Positions 38,407 through 48,010 of a stretch of DNA of 64,000 nucleotides are shown piece by piece. The stretch lies in contig CAVWWD010000008.1 of NCBI GenBank assembly GCA_963758635.1, positions 32,001 to 96,000 of the forward strand, given 5' to 3'. A program made the translations under genes and the position numbers. Each line of letters starts with the position of its first letter. Position 1 is the stretch's first letter. The DNA is from an uncultured Candidatus Rokubacteria bacterium. GTDB lineage: Bacteria; Methylomirabilota; Methylomirabilia; Rokubacteriales; CSP1-6. Below the pieces are notes generated by a model, which did not search any database, was not told where the DNA came from, and saw nothing but the letters and a program-made list of their open reading frames with translations.

Positions 38407-39060
38407 CTAGCGTGACTCGACGAGGCCCGACGGGCAGCGGACGCCCGTGCCGCCGATGCCGCAGTACCCCCAGGGGTTCTTGGAGAGGTACTGCTGGTGA
38501 TAGTCCTCCGCGTAGAAGAACTCGGGCGCCTCGCGGATCTCCGTGGTGATCGGGCCGTAGCGCGCCTTCGTCAGCACCTTCTGGTACGCCTCCCGGGAAG
38601 CCTTCGCCGCGTCGAGCTGGGCGGGGCCGTAGCAGTACGCCGCCGACCGGTACTGGGTGCCCACGTCGTTGCCCTGGCGGTCGCCCTGCGTGGGATCGTG
38701 GTTCTCCCAGAAGAGACGCAGCAGGTCCTCGTAGGAGATCTTGGCGGGGTCGAAGACCACCCGCACCATCTCGGTGTGGCCGGTGAGCCCGCTGCAGACC
38801 TCCTCGTAGGTGGGGTTGGGCGTGAAGCCGCCCGCATAGCCCACCGAGGTCGAGTACACGCCCGGCGCCTGCCAGAAGATGCGCTCCGCGCCCCAGAAGC
38901 AGCCCATGCCGAAATCGGCGATCTCCATCCCCTCCGGGAACGGCGGCTCCAGCCGGGCGCCGCTCACGTGATGCGCCTCGGGCACGGGCATGCGGGCGGT
39001 GCGGCCGGGCAGGGCCTCCTGGGCCGACGTGGGCATCGCGGGCTTGCGGAAACGGAGCAT
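38407..39060 (-). CDS. msrA: Peptide-methionine (S)-S-oxide reductase
   Basis: [29 protein letters not shown] and AEDYHQQYL. Confidence 0.97.
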   Translation of the reverse strand: MLRFRKPAMPTSAQEALPGRTARMPVPEAHHVSGARLEPPFPEGMEIADFGMGCFWGAERIFWQAPGVYSTSVGYAGGFTPNPTYEEVCSGLTGHTEMVRVVFDPAKISYEDLLRLFWENHDPTQGDRQGNDVGTQYRSAAYCYGPAQLDAAKASREAYQKVLTKARYGPITTEIREAPEFFYAEDYHQQYLSKNPWGYCGIGGTGVRCPSGLVESR

Positions 39061-39125
39061 GAAGGGTTCCTCCTCCCGGCGAGCATACCAGGGTCCGCGG
39101 AGCGACCGCATCGCGCGGGCAGCCA

Positions 39126-39192
39126 ACACGCACGGGGCGGGCGGGCCGCACACGCACGGGGCGGGCGGGCCGAAGGCCCGGGCGCCCGCCCC
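39126..39192. repeat. REP-like hairpin variant with a partial tandem duplication (24-nt period)
   Basis: GGGGCGGGCG-GGCCGAAGGCC-CGGG-CGCCCGCCCC, same architecture as the 18.8 kb and 40.5 kb copies. Confidence 0.7.
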
Positions 39193-39240
39193 ATGGTGAG
39201 GCTTGTGCCGGCCGCGCGTCCTGGGCGACACTGACGCTTC

Positions 39241-39283
39241 CCCTCTCCCCCTGCGCGGGGGAGAGGGGCAGGGGAGTGGGGGG
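39241..39283. repeat. CCCTCTCCC...GGGAGAGGG palindromic repeat
   Basis: CCCTCTCCCCC-TGCGC-GGGGGAGAGGG; a related copy lies in the opposite orientation at 57426. Confidence 0.65.
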
Positions 39284-39329
39284 GCCTGGTCAATGGCCCG
39301 GTCGATCTCGAAGACCACAGGAGACAGTC

Positions 39330-40439
39330 ATGGACAAGGCGAGGCTGGCGACGTTCCACGGGGCAGGCAAGCCCTTCGAGATCCGGGAGTACCCGGTGCC
39401 CGAGCCGGAGCCGGGCGCGATCCTCATCAAGATCGCGCTCGCCAACGTGTGCGGCTCCGACATGCACTACTGGCGCGGCGAGCTGGACTACGTGAAGATG
39501 GGCCGCCCGCTGCCGCTGAACACCGGCCACGAGCACGTGGGCACGGTGGCGCGGCTCGGGCCCGGCGTGACCACCGACACCGCCGGCCAGCCGCTCGCCG
39601 TGGGCGATCGCGTGCTCTATCGCTTCTTCTTCCCGTGCGGGCGCTGCAAGGCGTGCCTGCGCCGCCAGTACAAGTCGTGCCCCACGCGCCAGGCCAACTG
39701 GCTCGTGTCCTGCGAGACGTGGCCGCATTTCCAGGGGGGCTTCGGCGAGTACTTCTACCTGCGCCCCAACCACGCCGTCTTCAAGCTCCCCGCGGAGATC
39801 TCCGACGAGATGGCCGCGGGCATCAACTGCGCCTTCACCCAGGTGTACGCGGGCCTCGACCTGGCGCGCCTGCGCGCGGGCCAGACCGTGGTGGTGCAGG
39901 GGGCGGGCGGGCTCGGCGTCTACGCCTGCGCGGTGGCGCGCGAGATGGGGGCCAGCCAGGTCGTCGTCATCGACGGCGTCGACGAGCGGCTCGCCCTCGC
40001 CCGCGAGTTCGGCGCCACCGCCACCGTGGACCTGCGCGAGTTCCCGACGCCGGAGGCGCGGGTGGCCCAGGTCAAGCGGCTCACCGACGACTGGGGCGGC
40101 GACGTCGTGATGGAGCTGGTCGGCAACCCCGGCGTGGTGGACGAGGGGCTGCGCATGACCGCGCTCGAGGGCACCTACGTCGAGATCGGCAACATCAACG
40201 TGGGGTGGAAGGCGGAGTTCGACCCGGCGTGGATCATCTTCGGCAACCGCAAGATCCTCGGCCTGTCCCACTACGAGGCCGAGCACCTGCGCGGGGCGCT
40301 CGATCTCATGCGCCGCACCCTCGGCAAGTACCCGTGGGGCCGCGTGGTCTCCCACAAGTTCCCGCTCGAGGCGATCAACGAGGCCTTCGCCCAGCAGGAC
40401 AAGGGCCACGTGACGCGCGCGGCCATCGTCCCGGCCTAG
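39330..40439 (+). CDS. Zinc-dependent alcohol dehydrogenase
   Basis: CGSD, GHE, CGRCKAC..C and GAGGLG. Confidence 0.92.
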   Translation: MDKARLATFHGAGKPFEIREYPVPEPEPGAILIKIALANVCGSDMHYWRGELDYVKMGRPLPLNTGHEHVGTVARLGPGVTTDTAGQPLAVGDRVLYRFFFPCGRCKACLRRQYKSCPTRQANWLVSCETWPHFQGGFGEYFYLRPNHAVFKLPAEISDEMAAGINCAFTQVYAGLDLARLRAGQTVVVQGAGGLGVYACAVAREMGASQVVVIDGVDERLALAREFGATATVDLREFPTPEARVAQVKRLTDDWGGDVVMELVGNPGVVDEGLRMTALEGTYVEIGNINVGWKAEFDPAWIIFGNRKILGLSHYEAEHLRGALDLMRRTLGKYPWGRVVSHKFPLEAINEAFAQQDKGHVTRAAIVPA

Positions 40440-40455
40440 CGTGAACGCTCCGCGA

Positions 40456-40488
40456 GGTGCGGGCGGGCGAAGCCCGGGCGCCCGCACC
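40456..40488. repeat. REP-like hairpin element
   Basis: GGTGCGGGCGGGCGAAGCCCGGGCGCCCGCACC, identical to 18863-18895. Confidence 0.85.
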
Positions 40489-40497
40489 CGGTAAGGC

Positions 40498-41124
40498 ATG
40501 GCGACAGCCGACGACATCCTCGCCGCGGCGGCGAAGGTCTTCAAGACGAAGGGCTATCACGCCGCCTCCGTCCAGGACATCGCCGACGCGGTGGGGATCC
40601 TCAAGGGCAGCCTCTACCACCATTTCAAGAGCAAGGAGGAGCTGCTCTACCTCATCGTCAAGGAGCCGATCGCCCGCATGTACGCCACGATGGCCGAGAT
40701 CGCGGCCAGCGACCGGACGGCGGGCGAGAAGCTCCGGCGCGCGATCCTGGCCCACCTCGAGGGCCTGGACCAGCACTACCCGCACCTCTTCGTCTACCTC
40801 CGCGAGCGCGAGGAGATGAAGCGCGGGTTCCAGGAGCGGTTCAAGCTGTCGCCGAAGCAGTACGAGCGCCACTGGCAGCAGGTTCTGAGAGAGGGCGTGA
40901 AGTCCGGCGAGTTCCGGCCGGACCTCGACGTGCACGTGGTGTCCTACGGCGTGCTCGGCATGCTGAACTGGCTCTACCGGTGGTACGAGCCGGGGGGCGG
41001 CTCCGGCGTGCGCGAGGTCGCCGAGCAGTTCTCGGCGCTGGCGCTCTCCGGGCTCACGGCGACCACCCCGCGCCCGCGCCCGGCGCGCACGCGCCGGCGG
41101 GCCCGCCCGGCCCGGAAGAGCTAG
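40498..41124 (+). CDS. TetR-family regulator (KstR2-like C-terminus)
   Basis: GYHAASVQDIADAVGILKGSLYHHFKSKEELL; GMLNWLYRWY. Confidence 0.92.
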   Translation: MATADDILAAAAKVFKTKGYHAASVQDIADAVGILKGSLYHHFKSKEELLYLIVKEPIARMYATMAEIAASDRTAGEKLRRAILAHLEGLDQHYPHLFVYLREREEMKRGFQERFKLSPKQYERHWQQVLREGVKSGEFRPDLDVHVVSYGVLGMLNWLYRWYEPGGGSGVREVAEQFSALALSGLTATTPRPRPARTRRRARPARKS

Positions 41125-41158
41125 GCGCTTCCCCGCGTCTCCTCGGCGCGGGCCGCGG

Positions 41159-42871
41159 TCAGCGGCCCGCCGCCGACGCGAGCGGCCCGCGGAGCACGCG
41201 GCCGGGATACGCCCCGGTGTGCTCGCCGTCCCGCAGCACCACCTGGCCGTTCACGATCGAGACGTGGAAGCCGGTCGCCTTCTGGCGCAGGCGCTGGGCG
41301 CCGGCGGGGAGGTCGTTCACCACCTCGGGCAGCTCGGGCGCCACGCGATCGGGGTCGAACACGATCACGTCGGCGGCCAGCCCCTCGCGGAGCAGCCCGC
41401 GCTCGTGGAGGCCCCACGCCGACGCCGGCTCGAAGCTGAGCATCCGCACCCCCTCCTCCAGGGTGACGGCGCGGCGCCGCCGCACCCAGTAGGCCAGCAC
41501 CTGCGTCTGCAGCGACGAGTCCATGATCTGGGAGACGTGCGCGCCGGAGTCGGAGAACGTCACCACCGAGCGCGGGTGCTTCATCATCTCCAGCACGTCG
41601 TCCAGGTTCTCGTTGAAGAGCGGCTGGACGAAGAAGGCCTTGAGGTCGCGCTCCAGCGCGACCTGGATCAGCGCCTCCACGGGGTCGACGCCGCGCTCGC
41701 GCGCGATCTCGGCGATCGAGCGGTGCGGCCCGCAGGGGTCCTCCATGAGCATCAGCCACTCGAAGTCCGGCTTGCGGGCCTCGGCGCCCACGCCGCGGCC
41801 GTACTCCGCCTCGGCCGCCGCCTTCACGAGCCGGCCGCGCACCTCGGAGTCGCGAAGGAGCGCGCGCTGCTCGGCCAGCGGGCGCCGGCGCACCTCGCGC
41901 CACTCGGGAAGGCGATCGAAGGGCAGCCGGGTCTCGAACGACAGCACGACGGACAGCGCGCGGCTGTGCACCTGGGCGAACATCCGCCCGCCGGCGCGGG
42001 CGGTCTCGTCGAGCAGGTCGAAGTACGCGCGCCAGGCGTCGGGCGCGAAGCGCGAGCTGAACATGCCCCAGGTGGTCGGCACGCCCGTCTCTACCGCGAG
42101 GTCGCGCAGCCGCTCCAGGTAGTCGCGCCGGCGCTCGAGGTCGCGGCCGGTGTCCTCGCCGGCGATCTCGAAGATCCCCGCGCCGAGGTCGCCCATGACC
42201 TGCACCAGCTCGCGCACCTCGCTCCACTCGGCGACGCGACTGGCCACGGGCCGCCGGTCCGCCGTCTCGTGATTGCGCGTTCGGGACGTCGTGAAGCCCA
42301 TCGCCCCCGCGGCCAGGGCGTCGGCGAGCTCGCGCTTCATGACCGCGAGGTCGTCGGCGGTCGCGGGCTCGGAGAACGCGCGCTCCCCCATGGCGTACGT
42401 GCGCAGCGCGGAGTGGCCCACGTAGCCCGCGTAGTTGATGCCCTTGGGCCAGCGCGCGACGGCGTCGAGGTACTGGGCGTAGGTCTCCCACGTCCAGTCG
42501 ATGCCCGCCTTCATCGCCTCGGCGGGGATGTCCTCGGCCCGCTCCAGATTCCGCACGACGAGGTGCTTCTCGTCGGGCCGGCAGGGGGCCAGCGTGAAGC
42601 CGCAGTTGCCCATGACCACGCTCGTGACCCCGTGCCAGCACGAGCACGTGCCGAGCGGGTCCCACGCCACCTGCGCGTCCATGTGCGTGTGGCCGTCGAT
42701 GAAGCCGGGCGCGACGACGAGGTGCCGCGCGTCGACCTCCTCGCGTCCGCGCGCGTGGATGGCGCCGACGCGCGCGATGCGGTCGCCGCGGATGCCCACG
42801 TCGGCGCGGTAGCCCGGGAGCCCGGAGCCGTCCACCACGGTGCCGCCGCGAATCACGAGGTCGTATGTCAT
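41159..42871 (-). CDS. N-acyl-D-amino-acid deacylase-like amidohydrolase
   Basis: VVDGSG, APGFIDGHTHMD, GNCG and SDSGAH. Confidence 0.88.
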   Translation of the reverse strand: MTYDLVIRGGTVVDGSGLPGYRADVGIRGDRIARVGAIHARGREEVDARHLVVAPGFIDGHTHMDAQVAWDPLGTCSCWHGVTSVVMGNCGFTLAPCRPDEKHLVVRNLERAEDIPAEAMKAGIDWTWETYAQYLDAVARWPKGINYAGYVGHSALRTYAMGERAFSEPATADDLAVMKRELADALAAGAMGFTTSRTRNHETADRRPVASRVAEWSEVRELVQVMGDLGAGIFEIAGEDTGRDLERRRDYLERLRDLAVETGVPTTWGMFSSRFAPDAWRAYFDLLDETARAGGRMFAQVHSRALSVVLSFETRLPFDRLPEWREVRRRPLAEQRALLRDSEVRGRLVKAAAEAEYGRGVGAEARKPDFEWLMLMEDPCGPHRSIAEIARERGVDPVEALIQVALERDLKAFFVQPLFNENLDDVLEMMKHPRSVVTFSDSGAHVSQIMDSSLQTQVLAYWVRRRRAVTLEEGVRMLSFEPASAWGLHERGLLREGLAADVIVFDPDRVAPELPEVVNDLPAGAQRLRQKATGFHVSIVNGQVVLRDGEHTGAYPGRVLRGPLASAAGR

Positions 42872-42887
42872 GTCAGCCTCCGTCGCG

Positions 42888-44027
42888 TCACGCCGAGGCG
42901 GCCCGGCCCGGTGCGCCGGCCGTCGCGGGGACGGCGTCGATCTCGTAGAGCTCGGCCACGTTGTCGTGGAGCACGAGGTCGCGCTCCGCCTCGGTCAGGT
43001 GCGCGGCCTGCTCGGCCAGCACGGCCTGGGAGTTCGGCCACGTCGAGTCGCTGTGCGGGAAGTCGTTGGCCCACATGAGCCGGCGGATGTTGCACAGGTC
43101 CTTCACCTGGAAGGCCACCCCGTCGTCCTGGAACGTGGTGTAGACGTGCTCGCGGAAGTACTCGCTCGGCCGGCGCGTGATCGCGCTGCCCGTGAGCCAG
43201 TAGCGGTGCCGATCGAACGCGTGGTCCATGCGGTACATGAAGTGCGGCACCCAGCCGGCGTCGGCCTCCACGCACACGAGCTTGAGCTTCGGGTGGCGCT
43301 CGAACACGCCGCCGAAGATGAACATCCCGATGATGTCCTGGCAGCCGCGGATGATCGACATGAACGCGTTGAGCTTCGGCCCGCGCGTCTTGAACGTGTC
43401 GCTGCTGCTGGTGAGGATGTGGAACGACAGCGGCAGCCGGAGGTCGACCGCGGCCTCCCAGAACGGGTCGTACATCGGGTCGTCGTAGTCGGCGAGCGCC
43501 GGGTTGCCCGGCATCATCACGCCGCGGAGACCGAGGGCCTTCATGCTCTGGAGGTCGCGGATGCCGTCCTCGACCGAGCGCATCGCGGTCTGGCCCACGC
43601 CGAGGAGTCGCTCCGGGTAGGCCGACGCGTACTCGCCGATCCACTCGTTGTACGCCGCGAAGCACGCGTGCTTGAAGTCGAAGTCCGGGTGGTTGCAGAG
43701 CATCATCCCGACGGTGGGGTAGAGGATCTCCGCGGCCACGCCGTCGCGGTCCTGGTCGGCGAGGCGGGCGTGGGGGTCCCAGCCGCCGCGATGGAGATCC
43801 TCGAACCGGGCGCCGAACACGGTCAGCTCCGAGGCGGGCTTGCCGGCGGCGGCGACCAGCCCCATCGGGACCGGCTTCGGCAGCCCGTCGATGACGAAGA
43901 GGTCACCGCGCTGGGGGTCGTGGACGACGTGCGGGGCCCGGTCCTTGAAGCGCCGGTCGATCCGCGCCGTGTAGGTGTCGGGCGGCTCGGTGATGTGCGA
44001 GTCGGCGGAGATGATGGGCTTCGCCAT
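42888..44027 (-). CDS. Amidohydrolase_2 family protein
   Basis: ISADSHITEP, SFHI, GVFERHPKL and WANDFPHSDSTWP. Confidence 0.9.
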   Translation of the reverse strand: MAKPIISADSHITEPPDTYTARIDRRFKDRAPHVVHDPQRGDLFVIDGLPKPVPMGLVAAAGKPASELTVFGARFEDLHRGGWDPHARLADQDRDGVAAEILYPTVGMMLCNHPDFDFKHACFAAYNEWIGEYASAYPERLLGVGQTAMRSVEDGIRDLQSMKALGLRGVMMPGNPALADYDDPMYDPFWEAAVDLRLPLSFHILTSSSDTFKTRGPKLNAFMSIIRGCQDIIGMFIFGGVFERHPKLKLVCVEADAGWVPHFMYRMDHAFDRHRYWLTGSAITRRPSEYFREHVYTTFQDDGVAFQVKDLCNIRRLMWANDFPHSDSTWPNSQAVLAEQAAHLTEAERDLVLHDNVAELYEIDAVPATAGAPGRAASA

Positions 44028-44096
44028 GGTCGTCTCCTCTCCGGGTCCGGAAGACGGGCGCCGGCCGTCCGGGCGGGGCGGCCGGCGCCATTGTTG

Positions 44097-44146
44097 ACCA
44101 ATCGTTTGGTTGGCTCACACTAGGGCACCCGGCGGCGGCCTGTCAA
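44097..44146 (-). promoter_or_regulatory. sigma70 promoter with a downstream TetR-type operator
   Basis: Minus-strand TTGACA-N18-TAGTGT; palindrome ACCAA-TCGT-TTGGT at 44097-44110. Confidence 0.6.
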
Positions 44147-44201
44147 CCCGACGGCCGGACGGGCCGCCGGGACGCGTGCCGACGCGCGAATCGCGGGCCC
44201 A

Positions 44202-45752
44202 TTATTCCACGGGCAGGCCGGGCACGGTCTCGCCCCGCGCGTTGGCGGGCGGGGCCGGCTCGATGGTGACGCGGCGGAGGAGGGGCAGCAGGAAAAGGGT
44301 CGAGGAGAAGAGGAGGAACAGCAGCCAGAAGTCGTCGGCGAAGGCCAGCACCTGGGCCTGTCGGTTCACCTCGTGGTAGATCGCGGCCAGCGCGCGGCGC
44401 TGCGCGGTGTGGGCGTCGGCGCCCTGCGCGGCGAAGCGCGTGGCCAGCGCGGACAGCCGCCCCGTCGTCTCCGCGTCCCAGATGTTCACGTGGGCCACCA
44501 GGGTGGCGTGGTGCTCCTGCGTCCGCCGCGCGAGGAGCGTGCTGACCAGCGCCACCCCGACACCGCCGCCGATGTTCCGCACGACGTTGAGGGCGGCGGT
44601 GGCGTTGCCCATCTTTTCCCGGGCCACGGTGGCGAGCGCGAGGGCATTCAACGGGAGGAAGACGAACCCCACGCCGAGGCCCTGCACGAAGCGCGGCCAC
44701 GCGAGGGTCCAGTAGTCCATGCCCAGCGTGAGCGTGGACATCTCGTAGGCTGACCACGCGTTGAGCACGCAGCCCACGGCGAGCAGCCAGCGCATGTCGA
44801 GGTGGGTGACGAGGCGGCCCGCGAGCACCAGGGACGCCAGGTTGCCGAGGCCGCCCGGCGCCAGCACCAGGCCCGAGGTCCACGCGTCGTAGCCCAGGAC
44901 CTTCTGCGTGTAGAGGGCGAGCAGCACCATGCTCGAGAAGAAGCCGAGCATCATCACGGTCATGATGAGGCTGCCCATGGCGAAGTTCCGGTCGCGGTAG
45001 ACGCCGAAATCCATCACCGGCTCCTCGGCGGTGAGCTGCCGGATGAAGAAGCCGGTGAGGCTCAGCGCGGCGAGGATGGCGAGGGTCACGATGAACGTCG
45101 AGTCGAACCACTCGGAGCGCTCGCCCTGGTCGAGGAAGAGCTGGAGCGACAGGAACCCCACGAACATGAGCGAGAGCCCGATGGTGTCCGCGCGCCCCGC
45201 CCGGCGCAGGTACGGCGGGTCGAACAGGACCGCGGTGGCGGCGAGGAAGCCGAACACGCCGAACGGGATGTTGATGTAGAAGATCCAGCGCCACGACCAG
45301 TTGTCGGCGATCCAGCCGCCCAGCGTGGGGCCGAAGATCGGCGCCATCATGATGCCGATCCCCCACACCGCCATCGCGGTGCCGCGCTGGCTGAGCGGGA
45401 AGATCTCCCACATGATCGCCTGCGACATCGGCATGAGGGGCCCGCCGCCGATGCCCTGGAGCGCGCGCGCGATCAGGAGCACGGTCAGGTTCGGCGCCAG
45501 CCCGCAGAGCACGGACGCCCCGGTGAAGACCACCGTGCAGATGAGGAAGAACCGGCGGCGGCCGAACACGCCGGCGAGCCACCCGGTGGCCGGGAGCACG
45601 ACGGCGTTGGCCGCGAGGTACGAGGTGAGCACCCACGACACCTCGTCCACCCCCGCGGAGAGCGAGCCCTGGATGTGGGGCAGGGCCACGTTGGTCACCG
45701 TCACGTCCAGCACCTGCATGATCGTGATGAGCATGACGGTGCCGGTGATCAT
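44202..45752 (-). CDS. DHA2-family MFS efflux permease (EmrB-like); start may lie further upstream
   Basis: LDVTVTNVALPHI, WVLTSYL, FGRRR, GPTLGGWI and WRWIFYINIP. Confidence 0.92.
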   Translation of the reverse strand: MITGTVMLITIMQVLDVTVTNVALPHIQGSLSAGVDEVSWVLTSYLAANAVVLPATGWLAGVFGRRRFFLICTVVFTGASVLCGLAPNLTVLLIARALQGIGGGPLMPMSQAIMWEIFPLSQRGTAMAVWGIGIMMAPIFGPTLGGWIADNWSWRWIFYINIPFGVFGFLAATAVLFDPPYLRRAGRADTIGLSLMFVGFLSLQLFLDQGERSEWFDSTFIVTLAILAALSLTGFFIRQLTAEEPVMDFGVYRDRNFAMGSLIMTVMMLGFFSSMVLLALYTQKVLGYDAWTSGLVLAPGGLGNLASLVLAGRLVTHLDMRWLLAVGCVLNAWSAYEMSTLTLGMDYWTLAWPRFVQGLGVGFVFLPLNALALATVAREKMGNATAALNVVRNIGGGVGVALVSTLLARRTQEHHATLVAHVNIWDAETTGRLSALATRFAAQGADAHTAQRRALAAIYHEVNRQAQVLAFADDFWLLFLLFSSTLFLLPLLRRVTIEPAPPANARGETVPGLPVE

Positions 45753-46003
45753 CCACCGGCGGGTGCCGCTGAGGCTGGCAGGGTTGGTCGCGTCCGCGAC
45801 GCTGGCGAAGCCGGACAGGCGGGACAGGCGATGCCTCCTCGGACGGATCTTCGACGCACCGCGGGCCCCGAGGACCGCCCGGAGCGGCGTCAGCGCGCTC
45901 GATTATAGCCCCTCGGTCTCTCGGGCCCGTGGCCGCGGACGCTGCGCCGCGCGCGCCGGCGGTGCAGCGGCGTTGCACGACGGCGCGCCGGCGCCGCCCG
46001 CGG

Positions 46004-46630
46004 TCAGGCGAGGAGGTCGAAGCCGAGGACGGCGCCGAGCTCGCGAAGCGCCACGTCGGGGTCCACGACCTTGATCGTGGTCATGCCGAGCGCGCGCGCC
46101 GTCTTGAGGTTCGTGCCGATGTCGTCCAGGAAGGCGGTCTCGGGCGGCGTCACGCCGAGCTCGCGGCAGGCCAGCGCGTAGATGCGCGGGTCCGGCTTGC
46201 GGAGCCCCACCACGCTCGACTCGACGAGCACGTCGAAGTGCTCGCGCAGCCGGTGCGGCCCGGCCTCGGCGGTCTTCCAGTTGTTGGTGAGGGCGCCGGC
46301 CCGTAGCCCGCGCGCCCGGATCCGCCGGACCGCCTCGAGCATCCGCGGCCGGGGCTCGCGCGCCTCGGCGATGTAGGCCATCATCCGCGCCCCGTCCACC
46401 GTCACCCCGCGGGCCCGGCAGTCCCCCTCGAACGGGGTGAAGAACTCGTCGAGGCCGATCTCGCCGCGCTCGAGCCGCGACCACGCGCCCTCGGGGCCCG
46501 TGCCGGCGATCGCGCGGTTGATGGCGTTGTCGGCCAGCCCGTGGTCGCGCTCGTAGCGGGCGATGGCGGCGAGCGGCGAGTCGACGATCACGCCGCCGAG
46601 GTCGAAGAGCACGCCGGCGAGGCGGCTCAC
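46004..46630 (-). CDS. HAD-family hydrolase (epoxide hydrolase N-terminal-like)
   Basis: FDLGGV, LTNN, KPDPRIY and FLDD. Confidence 0.9.
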   Translation of the reverse strand: MSRLAGVLFDLGGVIVDSPLAAIARYERDHGLADNAINRAIAGTGPEGAWSRLERGEIGLDEFFTPFEGDCRARGVTVDGARMMAYIAEAREPRPRMLEAVRRIRARGLRAGALTNNWKTAEAGPHRLREHFDVLVESSVVGLRKPDPRIYALACRELGVTPPETAFLDDIGTNLKTARALGMTTIKVVDPDVALRELGAVLGFDLLA

Positions 46631-47740
46631 CCGCGGAGGCTCGCGCGCACCATCCTGAGGAGCGGCTCCACGCTGCCCCGCTCGATCCAGCGCGCCACCA
46701 CGAGGAGGTCCGCCTCGGGATCGAGCCAGATGACGTTGCTGCCCGCGCCGCGCGCGGAAAAGCTCGCCGGCGAGGCCCAGGCCCACGGCGCGCCGCCCGT
46801 GTTCAGCCACCACAGGAGCCCGTAGGCGGGATTGATCGCGCAGGGCCGGCGCAGCTCGTCCACCCAGCGCTCCGCCACCAGCTTGTCCCCCTGCCAGATC
46901 CCGCGCCGGAGGACGAGCAGGCCGAAGCGCGCGTGGTCACGGGTGCCCATCCAGAGGCCGCCGCCCCAGTGCGATCCTCCGGGCACCGAGGGCATGCGCG
47001 CGCCGTCGATCTCCGTCCAGGCGTTGTCGTAGGGCTGCCACTCCCAGTCCGGTGACGCGCCGATGGGCGTCATGACCGCTTCGCCGAGCACCTGCGCGAG
47101 GGGGCGCCGGAAGACGCGCAGGAGCGACAGGCTCAGGCGGTTCACGCGCACGTCGTTGTACTCCCAGTACGCGCCGGGCGCGCGGAGCTCGCGGAGCGTG
47201 CCCTTGGCCGCGCCGCCGAGCTCGCTCCGCCCGAACGTCGCGGTGGTGATCGATGCTGTCCGGCTTGCCCCAGAGCGTGCCCTGCCACTCGCTGGTCTGC
47301 TGGAGCAGGTGACGCCACGTGATCGCGCGGTTGTGCGCCGACGCGAACCCGTCGTCGGGCCCGCTGGCCGCCACGGGGTCGTCGATGTCGCGGATGAGGC
47401 CGCGGTCCACGGCGATCCCGGCCAGCACCGCGAGGTAGCTCTTGGCGATGCTGAAGCTCATGTCCGGCCGGCGCGTGTCGCCCCACTCCGCGGCGATCCG
47501 GCCCCCGCGCACGACGAGGCCGCTGGGCCCGCCGCGCGGGCGCACGGGGCCGAGCACGCCGCCCGCCGCGTCGGGCTCGTCGGCCACACCCACGTACCGG
47601 CCCGACGCGGTGATGAAGTCCCGGCGCCACGGCGTCTCGTGCGCGCGGTGGAATGCGATGGCCTCGTCGAGGGCGGCGGCGTCGACGCCCAGCTCGGCCG
47701 GCGGCCGCGCCTGCCACTCGTCACGGGTCGGGTAGTACAT
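46627..47740 (-). CDS. Beta-lactamase-family serine hydrolase; frameshift near 47230
   Basis: SIAKS (SxxK), ITWRHLLQQTS, YGLLWW and ARGAG, split over two frames. Confidence 0.8.
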
Positions 47741-47995
47741 CGCGTCTCCTTCGGTTTCGGCCATAGCTTGTCGCCCGCAGGTACCCCTTCGTCCGGGCAC
47801 TCAGGTCCGCGGGCAGGCCGTCTACGGACCCGATGAGATCGCCGATCGCGTCGAGCGTCCCCCCTGGTTCCGGGACGGGACTGCGCGGCGGAGCCGCTCC
47901 CGGACGACGTCGGACTTCGGGACCTTTCGCCGGCGCGCCTCCGCCTCGATCTGTGCCACGAGCGCCTCGGGCACGCGGACCGTGAGCGTCTTCAT
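47721..47995 (-). CDS. Ribbon-helix-helix (CopG/VapB-like) protein; frameshift near 47880
   Basis: Manual translation MKTLTVRVPEALVAQIEAEARRRKVPKSDVVRERL...DLIGSVDGLPADLS. Confidence 0.7.
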
Positions 47996-48010
47996 GGGCC
48001 GCGGTGGGCG

